NCBI GenBank assembly: GCA_030390025.1
Contig: CM059432.1
Span: 71,798,001 to 71,862,000 of the forward strand
Origin: Squalus acanthias
Taxonomy: Eukaryota
Length of the DNA stretch: 64,000 nt
Direction of reading: 5' to 3'
In this document: positions 35,250 to 49,110 of the stretch, one piece after another
Position numbering within the stretch: position 1 is the first letter of the stretch
Layout: each line of letters opens with the position of its first letter
Notes under the pieces: generated by a model
What the model was told of the DNA's origin: nothing
Database searches by the model: none
What the model saw: the letters and a program-made list of their open reading frames with translations, nothing else
Position numbers and translations under genes: made by a program

Positions 35250-36731
35250 GGCCTGGATTTTAGCGTGGAGGCGAGTTCCGTGCGGCGGGGGGTGGGGGGG
35301 GGGGGGGGGGGGGGCGCTGTTGTGAGGTCGGTTTCCCGAATGTCCTGCAGAATTTAACTGCAGGGCTCCTTTAAGTGGTGTTCCTGCCCACAGACAGCCT
35401 GATTGACAGGCTGGAGGCCTTTCGAGTGGGAAGCTTGCTTCACAAGGCTGAAGCCTACAAGAGCAGGTCGGTGTATTGGGGGAGTGAGAGAGATCGTGGG
35501 AAGGGTCCCAATCGTGTGCGGGTTGGGGAGGGGGTTGCCCCGATCACAGGGGGCAGGTCCCGATTGCAGGGGGGTCCAATGGTGCTCGGGCGGGGTGGGG
35601 CCTGATGGTGCTCGGGGTGGGGGTCCGATAGTGGTTGGGGTCCGATGGTGGTCGGGGTGGGGGTCCGATGGTGTTCGGGGTGGGGGTCCGATGGTGGTGG
35701 GGGTCCGATGGTGGTCGGGGTGGGGGTCCGATGGTGGTCGGGGTGGGGGTCCGATGGTGGTCAGGGTGGTGCTTGGGGGGGTCCGATGGTGGTCGGGGGT
35801 CTGATGGTGTTGGGGGATTCTGATGGTGGTCAGGGTGGGGGTCCAATGGTGGTCGGGGTGGGGGTCCAATGGTGGTTGGGGGGGGGATCCGATGGTGGTG
35901 GGGGTGGATCCGATGGTGGGTCCAATGGTGGTCGGGGTGGGTGTCCGATGGTGGTGGGGGTGGATCCGATGGTGGTGGGGGTGGATCCGATGGTGGTGGG
36001 GGTGGATCCGATGGTGGTCGGGGTGGGGGTGGGGGTCCGATGGTGGTGGGGGTGGGGGTCCGATGGTGGTGGGGGTGGATCCGATGGTGGTGGGGGTGGA
36101 TCCGATGGTGGTGAGGGTGGGTCCGATGGTGGTGGGGGTGGGTCCGATGGTGGTGGGGGTGGATCCGATGGTGGTGGATCCGATGGTGGTGGGGGTGGAT
36201 CCGATGGTGGTGGGGATGGGTTCGATGGTGGTGGGGGTCCGATGGTGGTGAGAGTGGATCCGATGGTGGTGAGGGTGGGTCCGATGGTGGTCGGGGTGGG
36301 GGTCCGATGGTGCTTGGGGGGATCCGATGGTGCTTGGGGGGATCCGATGGTGGTGGGGGTGGGTCTGATGGTGGTTGGGATGTTTGATGGTGGTTTGGGG
36401 GGGAGCAGACAGATCACAGAGAGGGGTTTACTGGGTAGTTTGTTGGAGCTAGAGGAAGCACTCCTTCTCCTCCTGGCCCACAAGCAGTGCTGTGAAGGCA
36501 CTTACCTCATGGATTCAGCCCTTCTCGCCTCCTGTTAAAATGAAGACAGGCAGCCTCATTATAATGTTTAAATGATCAGCCCGCTTCCTGCAAGCGGATT
36601 GGTCACCCGCACCTTGTCCCACCTCCGTTAAAATCGGAAATAGGCGGGTTTGGTTCCTGTTCCAGACTTTTTGCATTTTAACCTCTTACATGACTGCAAC
36701 CCACCCATTTTTGGGAGTTAAGATTCAGCCC
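35250..36731. mobile_element. Harbinger-type MITE with an expanded internal minisatellite
   Basis: TIRs GGCCTGGATTTTA / TAAGATTCAGCCC, TSD TTA. Confidence 0.78.
35570..36400 (+). repeat. G-rich minisatellite, ~18-24 bp units (GGGGGTGGATCCGATGGTGGT / GGGGTGGGGGTCCGATGGTGGTC)
   Basis: Dozens of tandem TCCGATGGTGGT-containing units are directly visible. Confidence 0.95.
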
Positions 36732-37154
36732 TTAAATGCAACTTATATCATATGACTGTAGTGGCGTACCAAGTCAAAATATTCAAATGGGAGGGGGTGC
36801 TACCATGAAACAGACAAGTCTAAGTATAGTGGAAAAGTACTGAGAGAAGCTCAAGCAGAACATTGTAAGAAAAACAAGTGACAAATTTGAAAAGTGATAA
36901 GGGCTGGGCCTCGTGTAATTGCTAACAGTTTCATGCCAAAACCAGTCATGTGATCAGTTTCAGACAAAGGGAAAGCACATAGCCAGGGTTACATCATATC
37001 CTATGATAAAAGTGGCTGTGTTATAATAAAAGTATAAATGTAGAATGCAATGTAACATCTGGAGGTACTTCTGATCAAGAACTGGTCTGGATTGGTGACC
37101 TTCCCAATTGATATCCTACTTGTGAGTATAATAGATATACTTGCTTGCTTGAAA

Positions 37155-38228
37155 TCATAAGAAATAGGAGCTGGAGTAGGCCATTTGACCCTTCGAGCCT
37201 GCTTTGCCATTCAACAAGATCATGGCTGATCTTCTACCTCAACTCCGCCTTCCCATACTATTCCCATATCCCTTAATTCCCAAAAATTTATTGACCTCTG
37301 TCTTGAATATACTCAATGACTGAACATCCACAGCTCTCTGGGGTAGAGAATTCCAAAGATTCACAACCTTTTGAGTGTAGAAATTTCTCCTCATCTCAGT
37401 CCTAAATGACCAACCCCTTATTCTGAGACTGTGACCCGATGTTCTAGATCCCCCAGCCAGGGGAAACATTTTCCCAGCATTAACCCTGTCAAGCCTCTTA
37501 AGAATTTTATATGTTTCAATTAGATCACCTCTCACTCTTCTAAACTCTAGGGAACATAGGCCTAGTCTACTCAATCTCTCCTCAGCGGGCAATCCCCTCA
37601 TCCCAGGAACCAGTCTAGTGAACCTTCGTTGCACTCCCTCTAAGGCAAGTATGTCTTTCACTTCACTTCACACTTCGCCACATTGTATTCCATTTGCCAT
37701 GTTTTTGCCCACTCAGCCAACCTGTCTATATCTCTCTGCAGCCTCTTTGCGTCCTCCTCATAGCTTACTTTCCCACCTAACTTTGTATCGTCAGCAAACT
37801 TGGATACGTTACACTCAGTCCCTTCATCTAAGTCATTCATATAGATTGCAAATAGCTGATGCCCAAGCACAGATCCTTGCGGTACCCCTCTAGTTGCAGC
37901 CTGCCAACCCAAAAAAGTCCTGTTTATTCCTACTCTCTGTTTTCTGTCTGTTTTTTGTCCATTAACCAATCCTCAATCCATGCTAATATATTACCCCCAA
38001 TTCCATGAGTCCTAATTTTGTGTAATAACCTCTGTGTGGCACCTTATCGAATGCTTTTTGAAAATCAAAATACACTACATCCACTGGTTCCTCCTTATCC
38101 ATCCTACTAGTTACATCTTCAAAAAACTTTAATAAATTTGTCAAACACGATTTCCCATTCGTAAAACCATGTTGACTCTGCCTAATCATATTACGATTTT
38201 CTGAGTGCCCTGTTACCACATCCCTAAT
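37155..38228 (-). mobile_element. CR1 LINE fragment with an internal deletion at ~37660
   Basis: QHGF..GKSCLTNL, DFQKAFDKVPH, KFADDTKL, and a 3' tail. Confidence 0.9.
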
Positions 38229-38932
38229 CATATGTATGTTCAATAAATCTTGTAAGTTAACTTGTCTCTAGAGGCTGAGTCTTTCTTAGGATGCTACTGG
38301 AAGTTCTATATATCAGTCCAACAAATGGAACTCTCAGCTGGTGAACATTCTGTTGAGATTAATTGGAAATTAATTGGAGGAAATTCTAGGGTGGCCCAGG
38401 AACTTCTCCAGAAACACCCCATTAACATAGGGAGCCGGCACCTTTCCCCCCAACTTCCATTCTTCTTTCTGTTGCTCAGAAAGTGATGTTCCCCTTTACA
38501 ACAACAACACCAACTTGCATTTATATAGTGCCTTTAAAATTGGAAACAGAAAATGAATGCTGAGCCAAGGAGGAGATGTTATGAGGGGTGACGAAAAGCT
38601 TGGTCAAAAAGGTAGGTTTCAAAGAGGGTCCTAAGTGAGGAGCAATGAACCTGAGTAATAAAGGTTGTGATATCGACTGTCACTGGTATTGCCAGTCCTC
38701 TGTCAGATTCCATGACCTCTCTAATGAAACAGAGCCCGCTAAAGCAGTTTCCTCAGAAATCCCCAAGTAGGTGAACCTTAGCCTGTAGACATGGCTGTGT
38801 CAGTTATGATAGTCTGCCTAAGGACATTAACAGTCAAACATATAGTGTGGGACTGGAGTCACATGGAGGCCAGACCAGGCTCCCTTTCCTGAACAACAGC
38901 TGTTTTTTTTACAACAATCCATCAGCTTTCAT

Positions 38933-39093
38933 TGGAGGAAATTTTGACTTTGTGTGACAGTGTAAAACTAGTGATAGTGGATTGGCAGTCTGTTTTACAT
39001 CTCTCCCGTTTTTTATTTCTACAATGGATGTAAAACTGGCTTCCAATTCACTATCGCCAGTTTTACGCTATCGCACAAAATCAAAATTACCCC
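38933..39093. mobile_element. Short palindromic Harbinger-like MITE inserted in a SINE
   Basis: Fold-back along its length (aattttgactttgtg...cacaaaatcaaaatt), TSD CAT. Confidence 0.65.
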
Positions 39094-39488
39094 CATGGTC
39101 TTTTTCTGGTGTTAGCCCCAAATTAGCAGATTTTTTGAATTCAGTTTCACAGCTTGCCAGGGCAGTATTTGAAATCCCAACCTCTGAATTGCTAGATTAG
39201 TACTATAGCCAGTAAGCTACCATACACGAAAACATGCTTATCATTACCAATATCATTTTATTCTACAACCTCCAAAAAATTAAATAGAGAGGAATTGGAA
39301 TTAGTCTGCAGCAATGAAAAATTTAGCAGTACAGCTCTAAAAACTTATTTGAACAGCCCAGAATGTGCCTTGCCTTCACCACTCATTTTATCTGTGCAAG
39401 TTGACAGCGCGACACACATTTCACAAGAAAATTGGGAAATGATGCCCAGCCTCCTTTCAATATAATTAGTACGTATTATAATATTAAA

Positions 39489-41740
39489 ATCATAGAATGA
39501 TACAGCACAGAAGGAGGCCATTCGACCCATCATGCCTGTGCTGGCTCTTTGAAAGAGCTATCCAATTAGTCCCAATCCTCTGCCCTCTCCCCATAGCCTT
39601 GCAAATTTTTCTCCTTCACGTATTTATTCAATTCCCTTTTGAAAGTTATTATTGAATCTGCTTCCAACACCCTTTAAGGCAGTGCATTCCAGATCATAAC
39701 AACTCGCTGCATGAAAAAAATTCCCCTCACCTCACTTCTGGTTCTTTTGCCAATTACCTTAAATCTGTGTCCTCTGGTTACCGACCCTTCTGCCAGTGGA
39801 AACAGTTTCTCCTTATTTAGTCTATCAAAACCCTTCATGATTATGAACATCTCTATTAAATATCCCCTTCACCTTCTCTGCTCTAAGGAGAACAACCCCA
39901 GCTTCTCTAGTCTCTCCACGTAACTGAAGTCCCTCATCCCTGGTACCATTCTAGTAAATCTCCTCTGCACCCTCTCCAAGGCCTTGACATCCTTCCTAAG
40001 TTTGCTGCTCAGAATTGGGCACAGTACTCCAGCTGGGGCCTAACCAGTGATTTATAAAGGGTTGGCATAACTACCTTGCTTTTGTACTCTATGCCTCCAT
40101 TTATAAAGCTAAGGCTCCCATATGCTTTTTTAACAGCCTTCGCAACTTGTCCTCCCACCTTCAAAGATTTGTGTACGTACACCCCCCAGGTCGCTCTGTT
40201 CCAGCACACCCTTTAAAATAGTACTAGTTAATTTATATTGCCTCTCATAGAGTCATAGAGTTATACAGCACGGATAGAGGCCCTTCGGCCCATCGTGTCC
40301 GCGCCGGCCATCAAGCCCTGTCTAATCTAATCCCATATTCCAGCATTTGGTCCGTAGCCTTGTATGCTATGGCATTTCAAGTGCTCATCCAAATGCTTCT
40401 TGAATGTTGTGAGGGTTCCTGCCTCCACAACCCTTTCAGGCAGTGAGTTCCAGACTCCAACCACCCTCTGGGTGAAAAAGTTCTTTCTCAAATCCCTTCT
40501 AAACCTCCCGACCTTTACCTTGAATCTATGCCCCCTTGTTATAGACCCCTCTACTAAGGGAAAAAGCTCCTTAGTATCCATCCTATCTATGCCCCTCATA
40601 ATTTTGTACACCTCAATCATGTCCCCCCTCAGCCTCCTCTGCTCCAAGGAAAACAAACCCAATCTGCCCAGTCTCTCTTCATAGCTGAAGCACTCCAGCC
40701 CGGGTAACATTCTGGTGAATCTCCTCTGCACCCTCTCCAAAGCGATCACATCCTTCCTGTAGTGTGGCGACCAGAACTGCACACAGTATTCCAGATGTGG
40801 CCTAACCAGTGTTTTATACAGCTCCATCATAACCTCCTTGCTCTTATATTCTATGCCTCGGCTAATGAATGCAAGTATCCCATATGCCTTTTTCCCACCT
40901 TATCCACCTGTTCCGCCGCCTTCAGGGATCTGTGTACTTGCACACCAAGATCCCTCTGACCCTTCGTCTTGCCTAGGGTCTTACCATTCATTGTGTATTC
41001 CCTTGCCTTGTTAGTCCCTCCAAAGTGCATCACCTCGCACTTTTCCGGATTAAATTCCATTTGCCACTGTTCCGCCCATCTGACCAACCCATCTATATCG
41101 TCCTGCAGACTGAGGCTACCCTCCTCGCTATTTACCACCCTACCAATTTTTGTATCATCCGCGAACTTACTGATCATACCTTTTACATTCATATCCAAGT
41201 CGTTAATGTAGACCACAAACAGCAAGGGACCCAGCACCGATCCCTGTGGTACCCCACTGGCCACAGGCTTCCAGTCACAAAAACAACCTTCGGCCACCAC
41301 CCTCTGCCTTCTGCCACTGAGCCAGTTTTGTATCCAATGTGCCAAGGCACCCTGGATTCCATGGGCTCTTACCTTCTTGACCAGTCTCCTGTGCGGGACT
41401 TTATCGAAGGCCTTACTGAAATCCATGTATACCACATCCACTGCGTTACCCTCATCCACACACCTAGTCACCCCCTCAAAAAATTCAATCAAATTAGTCA
41501 GACATGATCTTCCCTTGACAAAGCCATGTTGGCTAACCCTGATTATTCCTTGCCTCTCCAAGTGGAGACTGATTTTGTCCCTCAGAATTTTTTCCAATAA
41601 TTTTCCTACCACTGATGTTAGGCTCACTGGCCTGTAGTTCCCCGGTTTTTCCCTACTCCCTTTCTTGAATAATGGTACTACATTAGCGGTTCTCCAGTCC
41701 TCTGCCTCTCTTCATCCTTCCTACCAAAATGCATCACCAA
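39489..41740 (-). mobile_element. CR1 3' fragment interrupted by a younger CR1
   Basis: 39489-40246 resumes at 41703. RPQLEYCAQF. Confidence 0.85.
40247..41702 (-). mobile_element. Young 5'-truncated CR1 LINE
   Basis: ORFs 40851-41627 and 40327-40830 (RT), 8-bp TSD TGCCTCTC. Confidence 0.92.
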
Positions 41741-42307
41741 AATGAAACTCTTATGCAGAAAAGGCCAGTCAGAAGAATCAAGCACAGCGTAATTCGTGCA
41801 AGGATGCCGTGATATGGAACTCTGACCGATACTCCACCCCTTCCTGCTGGTTCAAAGCAAGCCACCAACCATAAAATTTGCCCTATAGCTGGATAAATGG
41901 ACCTTTGTAGGATATAGAAATTTGAGACTGTAACGTTGATTATTATGCTTGTCTAATCCAGCAAAATAAGGTGAGAGAATAGTAAGTCAAAGCATCCACA
42001 ACATAATTACTGTTATTAAGTAGCATCTGTTTGCATAAATACTACATCTGGCATGTTAATCTGGTTTTCATAGGAACTAAAAGCCACCATTAAACACGCA
42101 AGAGAACCTGATCATTTTCTAAATGTTTCCTATGAATGAGGTATGAATTCCTGTGAGTTTTCCCTCACTCTTTGTTTCGCACATTGCTTTCTTGCTGTTT
42201 CCCATTACCTCTTTCCCTATTCCTTGAGTTACTGTCCGCTTTATGGCTGTGTCGATCTCTGCATTCCTCTCCCTGTTTCTAGTTTAACAGTCCTATTCGG
42301 AGTAAAA

Positions 42308-45300
42308 GATAAGAATTAGGAGCAGGAGTAGGCCATATGGCCCCTCGAGCCTGCTCCGCCATTCAATAAGATCATGGCTGATCTTCGACCTCAACTCCAC
42401 TTTCCCGTCCAAACTCCATTTCCCTTGATTCCCCTCGAGTCCAAAAATCTACCTATCTGTGCCTTAAATATACTCAATGATTCAACATCCACAGCCCTTT
42501 GGGGTAAAGAATTCCAAAGATTCACAACCCTCTGAGTGAATAAATTACTCTTCATCTCATGGCCGACCCCTTATCCTGAGACTATGCCCTCTAGTTCTAG
42601 ACTCTCCAGCCAGGGGAAACAACCTCTCAGCATCTACCCTGTCAATCCCCCTCAGAATCTTATATGTTTCAATGAGATCACCTCTCATTCTTCTAAACCC
42701 CAGAGAGTATCGGCCCAATCTACTCAATTTCTCCTCATAGGACAACCCTCTCATCCCAGGAATCAATCTAGTGCACCTTTGTTGCACCGTCTCTAAGGTA
42801 AGTATATCCTTCCTCAGAAAAGGAGACTAAAACTGTGCACAGTACTCCAGGTGTGGTCTCACCAAAGCCCTGTACAATTGTAGCAAAATTTCTTTACTCT
42901 TGTAATCCAACCCCCTTGCTATAAAGGTCAACATGCCATTTGCCTTCCTAAATGCTTGCTGTACCTGCATGCTAACTCTGCGTTTCCTGTATGAGGACAC
43001 CTAAAACTCTCTGATGACCAACATTTAATAGTTTATCACCATTTAAAAAGTATTCTGTTTTTCTATTCTTTCCACCAAAGTGAATAACCTCACATTTCCC
43101 CACATTATACTCCATCTGCCACCTTATTTCCCACTCACTTAATCTGTCTATATCCCTTTGCAGGTTCTTTGTGTCCTCCTCACAGTTTACTTTCCCACCG
43201 AGCTTTGTATCGTCAGCAAACTTGGATACATTACACTCGGGCCCTTCATCAAAGTCATTAATATAGATTGTAAATAGCTGAGGCCCAAGCACTGATCCTT
43301 GTGGCACCCACCTAGTTACAGCCTGCCAACCTGAAAATGACCCATTTATCCCTACTCTCTGTTTTCTGTCCGCTAACCAATCCTCTATTCATGCTAATAT
43401 ATTACCCCCAAACCCATGAGCCCTTATCTTGCATAGCAACCTTTTATATGGCACCTTATTGAATGCCTTTTGGAAATCCAAATATACTACTTCCACTGGT
43501 TCCCCTTTATCTACCCTGCTAGTTACATCCTCAAAAACTCTAATAAATTTGTTAAACACTATTTCCCTTTCATAAAACAATGTTGACTCTGTTAGGACTT
43601 TCTAAGTGCCCTGTTACCACTTCCTTAATAATGGATTCCAGCATTTTCCCAATGACTGATGTCAGGCTAACTGGCCTGTAGTTCCCTGTTTTCTATCTCC
43701 CTCCTTTCTTGAATAGCAGGGTTACATTTGCTACTTTCCAATCTGCTGGGACCATTCTAGAATCGAGGGAATTTTGGAAGATCGCCACCGATGCACATCT
43801 CTGCAGCCACCTCTTTGAGAACCCTAAAATGTAGGCCATCAGGCCCAGGGGATTTTTTGGCTTTTAGTCCCATCAGCTTCTCAAGTATTTTTCTCTACTG
43901 ATATTAACTACTTTAAGTTCCTCACTCTCATTAGCACCTTGGTTCCCCACTATTTTTGGTATGCTTTTTGTGTCTTCTACTGTGAAGACAGATATAAAAT
44001 ATTTGTTTAAAGTCTCTGCCATTTCCTTATTCCCCATTATAATTTCTCCTGTCTCGGCCTCTAAGGGACCAAAGCTTACATTTGCTACTCTCTTCCTTTT
44101 TACATACTTGTAGAAGCTCTTATAATCTGTTTTTATATTTCTTGCTAGTTTACTCTCATTCTATTTTTTCCCTTTTTATCAATTTTTTGGTCAACCTTTA
44201 CTGTTTCCTAAAGCTCTCCCTATTCTCAGGCTTACTATTATTCTTTGCAACATTATAAGCCTCTTTTAATCTCATACTATCCTTAACTTCTTTAGTTAGC
44301 CATGGTTGGGTCACTTTTCCTGTGGAGTTTTTATTTCTCAATGGAATGTATATTCATTGGGAATTTTGGAATATTTATTTAAATGTTTGCCACTGCTTAC
44401 CTACCGTCATACCTTTTAATCTAATTTCCCAATTTACCTTAACCTACTCACCCCTCATACCTATGTAATTGGCTTTATTTAAGGTAAAACTCTAGTTTCA
44501 GATTTAAGTATTTCACTCTCAAACTCAATGTGAAATTCTATCGTATTATGGTCACTCTTCACCAAAGGATCCTTTACTATGAGATTACTAATTAACCCTG
44601 TCTCATTACACAATACACGATCTAAAATAACCTGCTCCCTGGTTGATTCCACAATGTATTGTTCTCGAAAACTGTCTTCAATGCTTTCCATGAAATCGTC
44701 CTCCAGACTAACTTTGCCAATTTGATTTGCCCAGTCTATATGAAGATTAAAGTCCCCCACGATTATTACATCACCTTTGTTACAAGCTCCTATTATTTTT
44801 TGATTAATTCTCTGTCCAATGGTATAGCTACTGTTAGGGTGCCTATAAACTACTCCCTCCAGTGTTTTCTGCCCCTTGTTATTTCTTATCTCCACCGATA
44901 CTGATTCTACTTCCTGAGCTTCCGAGTCAAGATCCTTTCTCAATACTGTCTTTATGCCATCCTTTATTATCAGGGCTACTCCCCCTCCTTTTCCATTTTG
45001 CCTATCTTTTTGAAATGTCAAGTACCCTGGAATGTTTAATTCCCAACCTTGGTCACCGTGCAACCATGTCTCTGTAATGGCTATTATATCAAACCCATTT
45101 ATCTGTATTTTTGCCACTAATATGTGTATCTTGTTATGAATGCTTCATGCATTCACATAAAGAGCCTTTAATTTTAGCTTTTTACTATTATTCCCTGCTT
45201 TCACCTTATTCGCTGAAGCACTATTACCGTTAAATGCTCTGTCCCTTCTACTCTGCTTATCTTTACCCAAATCGCTACACTGCTCCATTGCCTTGACTTT

Positions 45301-45790
45301 TCTCTTTAAGTTTCTAAATTTCCCCACACCTGACCCCTCCCCCTTTTAGTTTAAAGCCCTATCTACAGCCCTAATTATTTGATTCACCAGGACACTGGTC
45401 CCTGACTGGTTTAAGCGGAGCCCGTCCCAACAGAGCAGCTCCCTCTTTCCCCAGTATTGGCGCCAGTGCCCCACGAATCAAAACCCCCTTCCTCCCACAC
45501 CACGCTTTGAGCCATGCATTTAAATCTCTGATCTGCTTGTCCCTATGCCAATTTGTGTGAGGGTCAGATAACAATCCAGAGATTATTACATTTGAGGTTC
45601 TGCATTTTAATTTGGTCCCTAGCTCTTCAAACTCTCTCAGCAGAACCTCATTCCTAGGCTTATCTATGTCATTGATGCCTATGTGGACTACGACAACTGG
45701 ATCCTCCCCTTGCACTCCAAATTCTTCTCCAACCAAGAGGAGATATCTTTAACCCTGGCACCTGGCAGGCAACACAGCCTTCGGAACTAG
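42308..45790 (-). mobile_element. Long CR1 LINE: ORF1 SGNH-esterase remnant + APE-RT ORF2 pseudogene
   Basis: ORF1 VVVHIGINDI...VIISGLL (45371-45736); APE LYVNA, DIIAITETWL, VGDFN, SDH (44479-45327); RT fragments; 3' tail. Confidence 0.92.
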
Positions 45791-46627
45791 CTGTCCCTGA
45801 GAGCATCAAGAGCCAACCACATAATGTGAGACTAGAGTCAGATGTGGGCTTTTATAACAATCTAAATATTTACCTATAACACAAACCACAAAAAGTATTG
45901 GAGGCAAATTTCCACTCCGAATTCCCACTCTCTCCAAATTCTCAACTTTAACACTCTGTTTAAATTCACTCTGTTTAAGACCACACTGTGCAGACCACTC
46001 TCTCAGTGACTTGATTATGTATGTAGTGACTTAAAGAGGCAATGACAAATGCAACCTAAATGAATATTGAAATGGAACACTATTCAATGATTTTTCTTAA
46101 TTACTTGGCACAAGGCAAGTCAGCTAGTACATTATGGGTACTGTAGCCTAGTGGTTGTGATGCTGGACTATTAACTCATGAGTTCAAATCTCACCATGAC
46201 ATGTTATGAAATTGAATTGAATAAGTCTGGTAATTTGTAGGCTAGCACCAAAAAAATGGTGATGAAAGCTGCTGGACTGTTATAAAAGACCACATCTGAC
46301 TCCAGTCTCATATTATGTGGTTGGCTTTTAATGCTGTCAGGGAAAACTAGTATAATACATACTGCCTTGTCAGCATTCCCCATATCCCAAGGACAAATAT
46401 ATTTTTAAAAGTAAGGAAATTAAAACCTGGAAGATAATAGTTTGGTGCATACGTATAAATACGCCTTGACCTTCTCAGAGTTCTGATCAACAAGGAAACT
46501 TAATGCATGATTCCTACACACCTAAAGGTTTCATTAGCGTGAATGATAATGAATCGCTTCTGCAGCACTTTAAGCATCAGCTGAAACTGAGGCGTTAAAA
46601 GGTATTATGAGTCTATAAGGAGGGAGA

Positions 46628-47413
46628 TAACAACAACAACTAGTATTTACATAGCGCTTTTAACGTAGTAAAGCATTCCAAGGTGCTTCACAGGAGCGTT
46701 AACTAACAAAATTTGGCACCGAACCTCAGAAGGAGATATTAGGACAGGTGGTCACAGAGGTAGATTTTAAGGAGCGTCTTAAAGGAGTTGGAGAGGCGGA
46801 GAGGCTTAGGGAGGGAATTCCAGAGTCTAGGGCCCAGGCACCTGAAGGTATGGTTGCCATTGATGGTGTGATTAAAATCAGGGATGTGCAAGTGGCCAGA
46901 ATTGGAGGAGCCAGAGATCTCTAAGAGTTGTAGGAGTGGAGGAAGTTACAGAAATAGGGAGGGGCGAGGACATGGAGGGCTTTGAAAACAAGGATGATAA
47001 TTTTAAAATCGAGGCGTTGTTCAACTGGGAGCCAATGTAGGTCAGCGAGCACAGGGGTGATGGGTGATGGGACTTGGTGCGAGTTAGGATACGGGCAGTA
47101 GAGTTTTGGATGAGTTCAAGTTTATGGAGGCTGGAAGATGGGAGGCTGGCCAGGAGAGCTTTGGAATAGTCAAGTCTAGAGGTAACAAATGCATGAGGGG
47201 TTCAGCAGCAGATGAGCTGAGGCAGGTGCAGAGACGGTCGACGTTACGGAGATGGAAATAGGCGGTCTTGATGATGGAGCGGATATGTGATCGGAAGCTA
47301 AGCTCAGGGTCATAAAGGACGCCAAGGTTGCAAATGGTCTGGTTCAGCCTCAGATAGTGACCAGGGAGAGGGATGGAGTTGGTGGCTAGGGAACAGAGTT
47401 TGTGGCGGGCCAC
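46628..47413 (-). mobile_element. L2 LINE 3' part
   Basis: NLGVLYDPELSFRSHIRSIIKTAYFHLRN and a (TTG)n tail. Confidence 0.85.
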
Positions 47414-47989
47414 TGCTAGGCCTCCTCAATCCATACTCTAACTTAGTGTGTTTATCACCACCTTTCTCCTGGCAGGCCTGGGGTTAGCAGAGATAGCAGT
47501 GGTAAAGCAGGGGAATGGGATGGATTATTGGCCCCTATCTCCCTGCTGGCATTTACATATGGCGGCCATCCCAGCGAAAGTCAGGGGCAGAGGAGAATTG
47601 AGGTTGGGGTGGGAATGTGGTAGTAGGCCTCACCATCTTTGCCCCGTTTTCTACCACCATTCCACCTAATTTTGGGTGGGATAGTGAAGGAAAATCCAGA
47701 CCATCCTGCTCACAACCCCCAATACTCCTATCCTGCCATAGCTGGTTTGTCTTTTACAACAGTGGTGAATTCATCATCTGCCTTGACCACAGTGCAGGGA
47801 TCAGCTGAAAATAAAATTAGTAAGTTTAAAAAAAAGAAAAAAGAGACTGTGTCCAAGCACAGTGTGGAAGCAGACAGGCCAGTAGTGGTGATTTCTACCT
47901 ATCAGCTACTTTGTGAAACTAGTTCAAGTATAATTGGCAGGTTCACCCAATAATTTCCACCGCTACACAGAATAACATCATACACGTCG

Positions 47990-49110
47990 TTGGTATTCCT
48001 AGCAAGTTGTAAACAGTAAAAGGTTTATTATCCTTTTCCATTCTCATGACTTTGTACTTAGCTGCATTAAATGACATTTGCCACCTGTCAGCCCAACTAT
48101 CTAGTCGATTAATTTAGTTGCGCTTTGCTGTATCCTCTCCAATGCCATCTGTATATAACAGCCTGTTCCTGTTGTTTGCAGTCCCTCCCAATGTGGTAAA
48201 GTCTGTAAACATGGGGAGCTTTTTGTGCTCATTACCAAGTCATTTATGTACATTATAAACAACAATGGCCCCCGAAATGGCCCACTAGTTACCTCCTACA
48301 ATGCCAATCAGCTCCAGGTTACAAACACAATTTGACCCATTCACTTTCGCCAATTTTCTTGCATTCCAGAACCACTCCACTTAAGCAGTGCCTTCCAACC
48401 TGTGGACCAATTGTCTATGTGATTATGTATCAAACTCTTTGCTGAAATCTAAATAAACAACGTCCACTGAATTTCTCCTGTCCACATCAGCCAAAATCTC
48501 CCTCCCATAAGCCATGTTGTTTCCCTCTAATAACTATGTATTTCCCTAGGTGTTTCATCATTTGTTCTTTCAGGGTGCCCTCCAGTACTACCCAACAATG
48601 ACCATTCTGTAGTTCCCTGGGTTATCTCTTTGCACCTTTTATAGATTGGCATCACATTCTCTTCTCTCCAATCCTCAGTCCCAGTCCCCATTTCAAAAGC
48701 TTTCCTAAAGGTTCCCACTAGAATAACAATTATGATCAATCCCCCACATACTTCCCTTATTTGAGTGTAACATTTTAGGTCTAATTTTGCTTCTTAACCT
48801 GGTAGCTGGTCACAAATTCCAATCATTAATTTCTTCCATTTGCTATTATCTAGCTCGATAATCTGTAGCCAATTCTGACTTGTCAATATGCTCTTTTTAA
48901 CAAAAAGAACCACCCTCTCCTAGTTTATTCTTTCTATCCCTTCAGAGTAATATATAACTCTGCAATTTTAACCCCACCTCCCATTCTGTATAAATATTTA
49001 GCCTAGAATCTGTGATGTCCAAAATGTCATAACCCTCTTGTTGGCAGACTTTGAACTGTTCAATTTTATTTCTGAGTTTCCTAATATTTGCATACAGAAT
49101 TTTAAGGACT
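47990..49110 (-). mobile_element. Highly decayed CR1 ORF2
   Basis: LKILYANIRKLRNKI...YDILDITDS, EDWREENVMPIYK, VVYLDFSK remnants. Confidence 0.65.

Noticed and set aside
35354..36538. Long Gly/Pro/Trp-rich ORFs, or a CRISPR-like array
   Set aside because: Stop-free minisatellite with no unique spacers, in a eukaryotic context with no cas genes.
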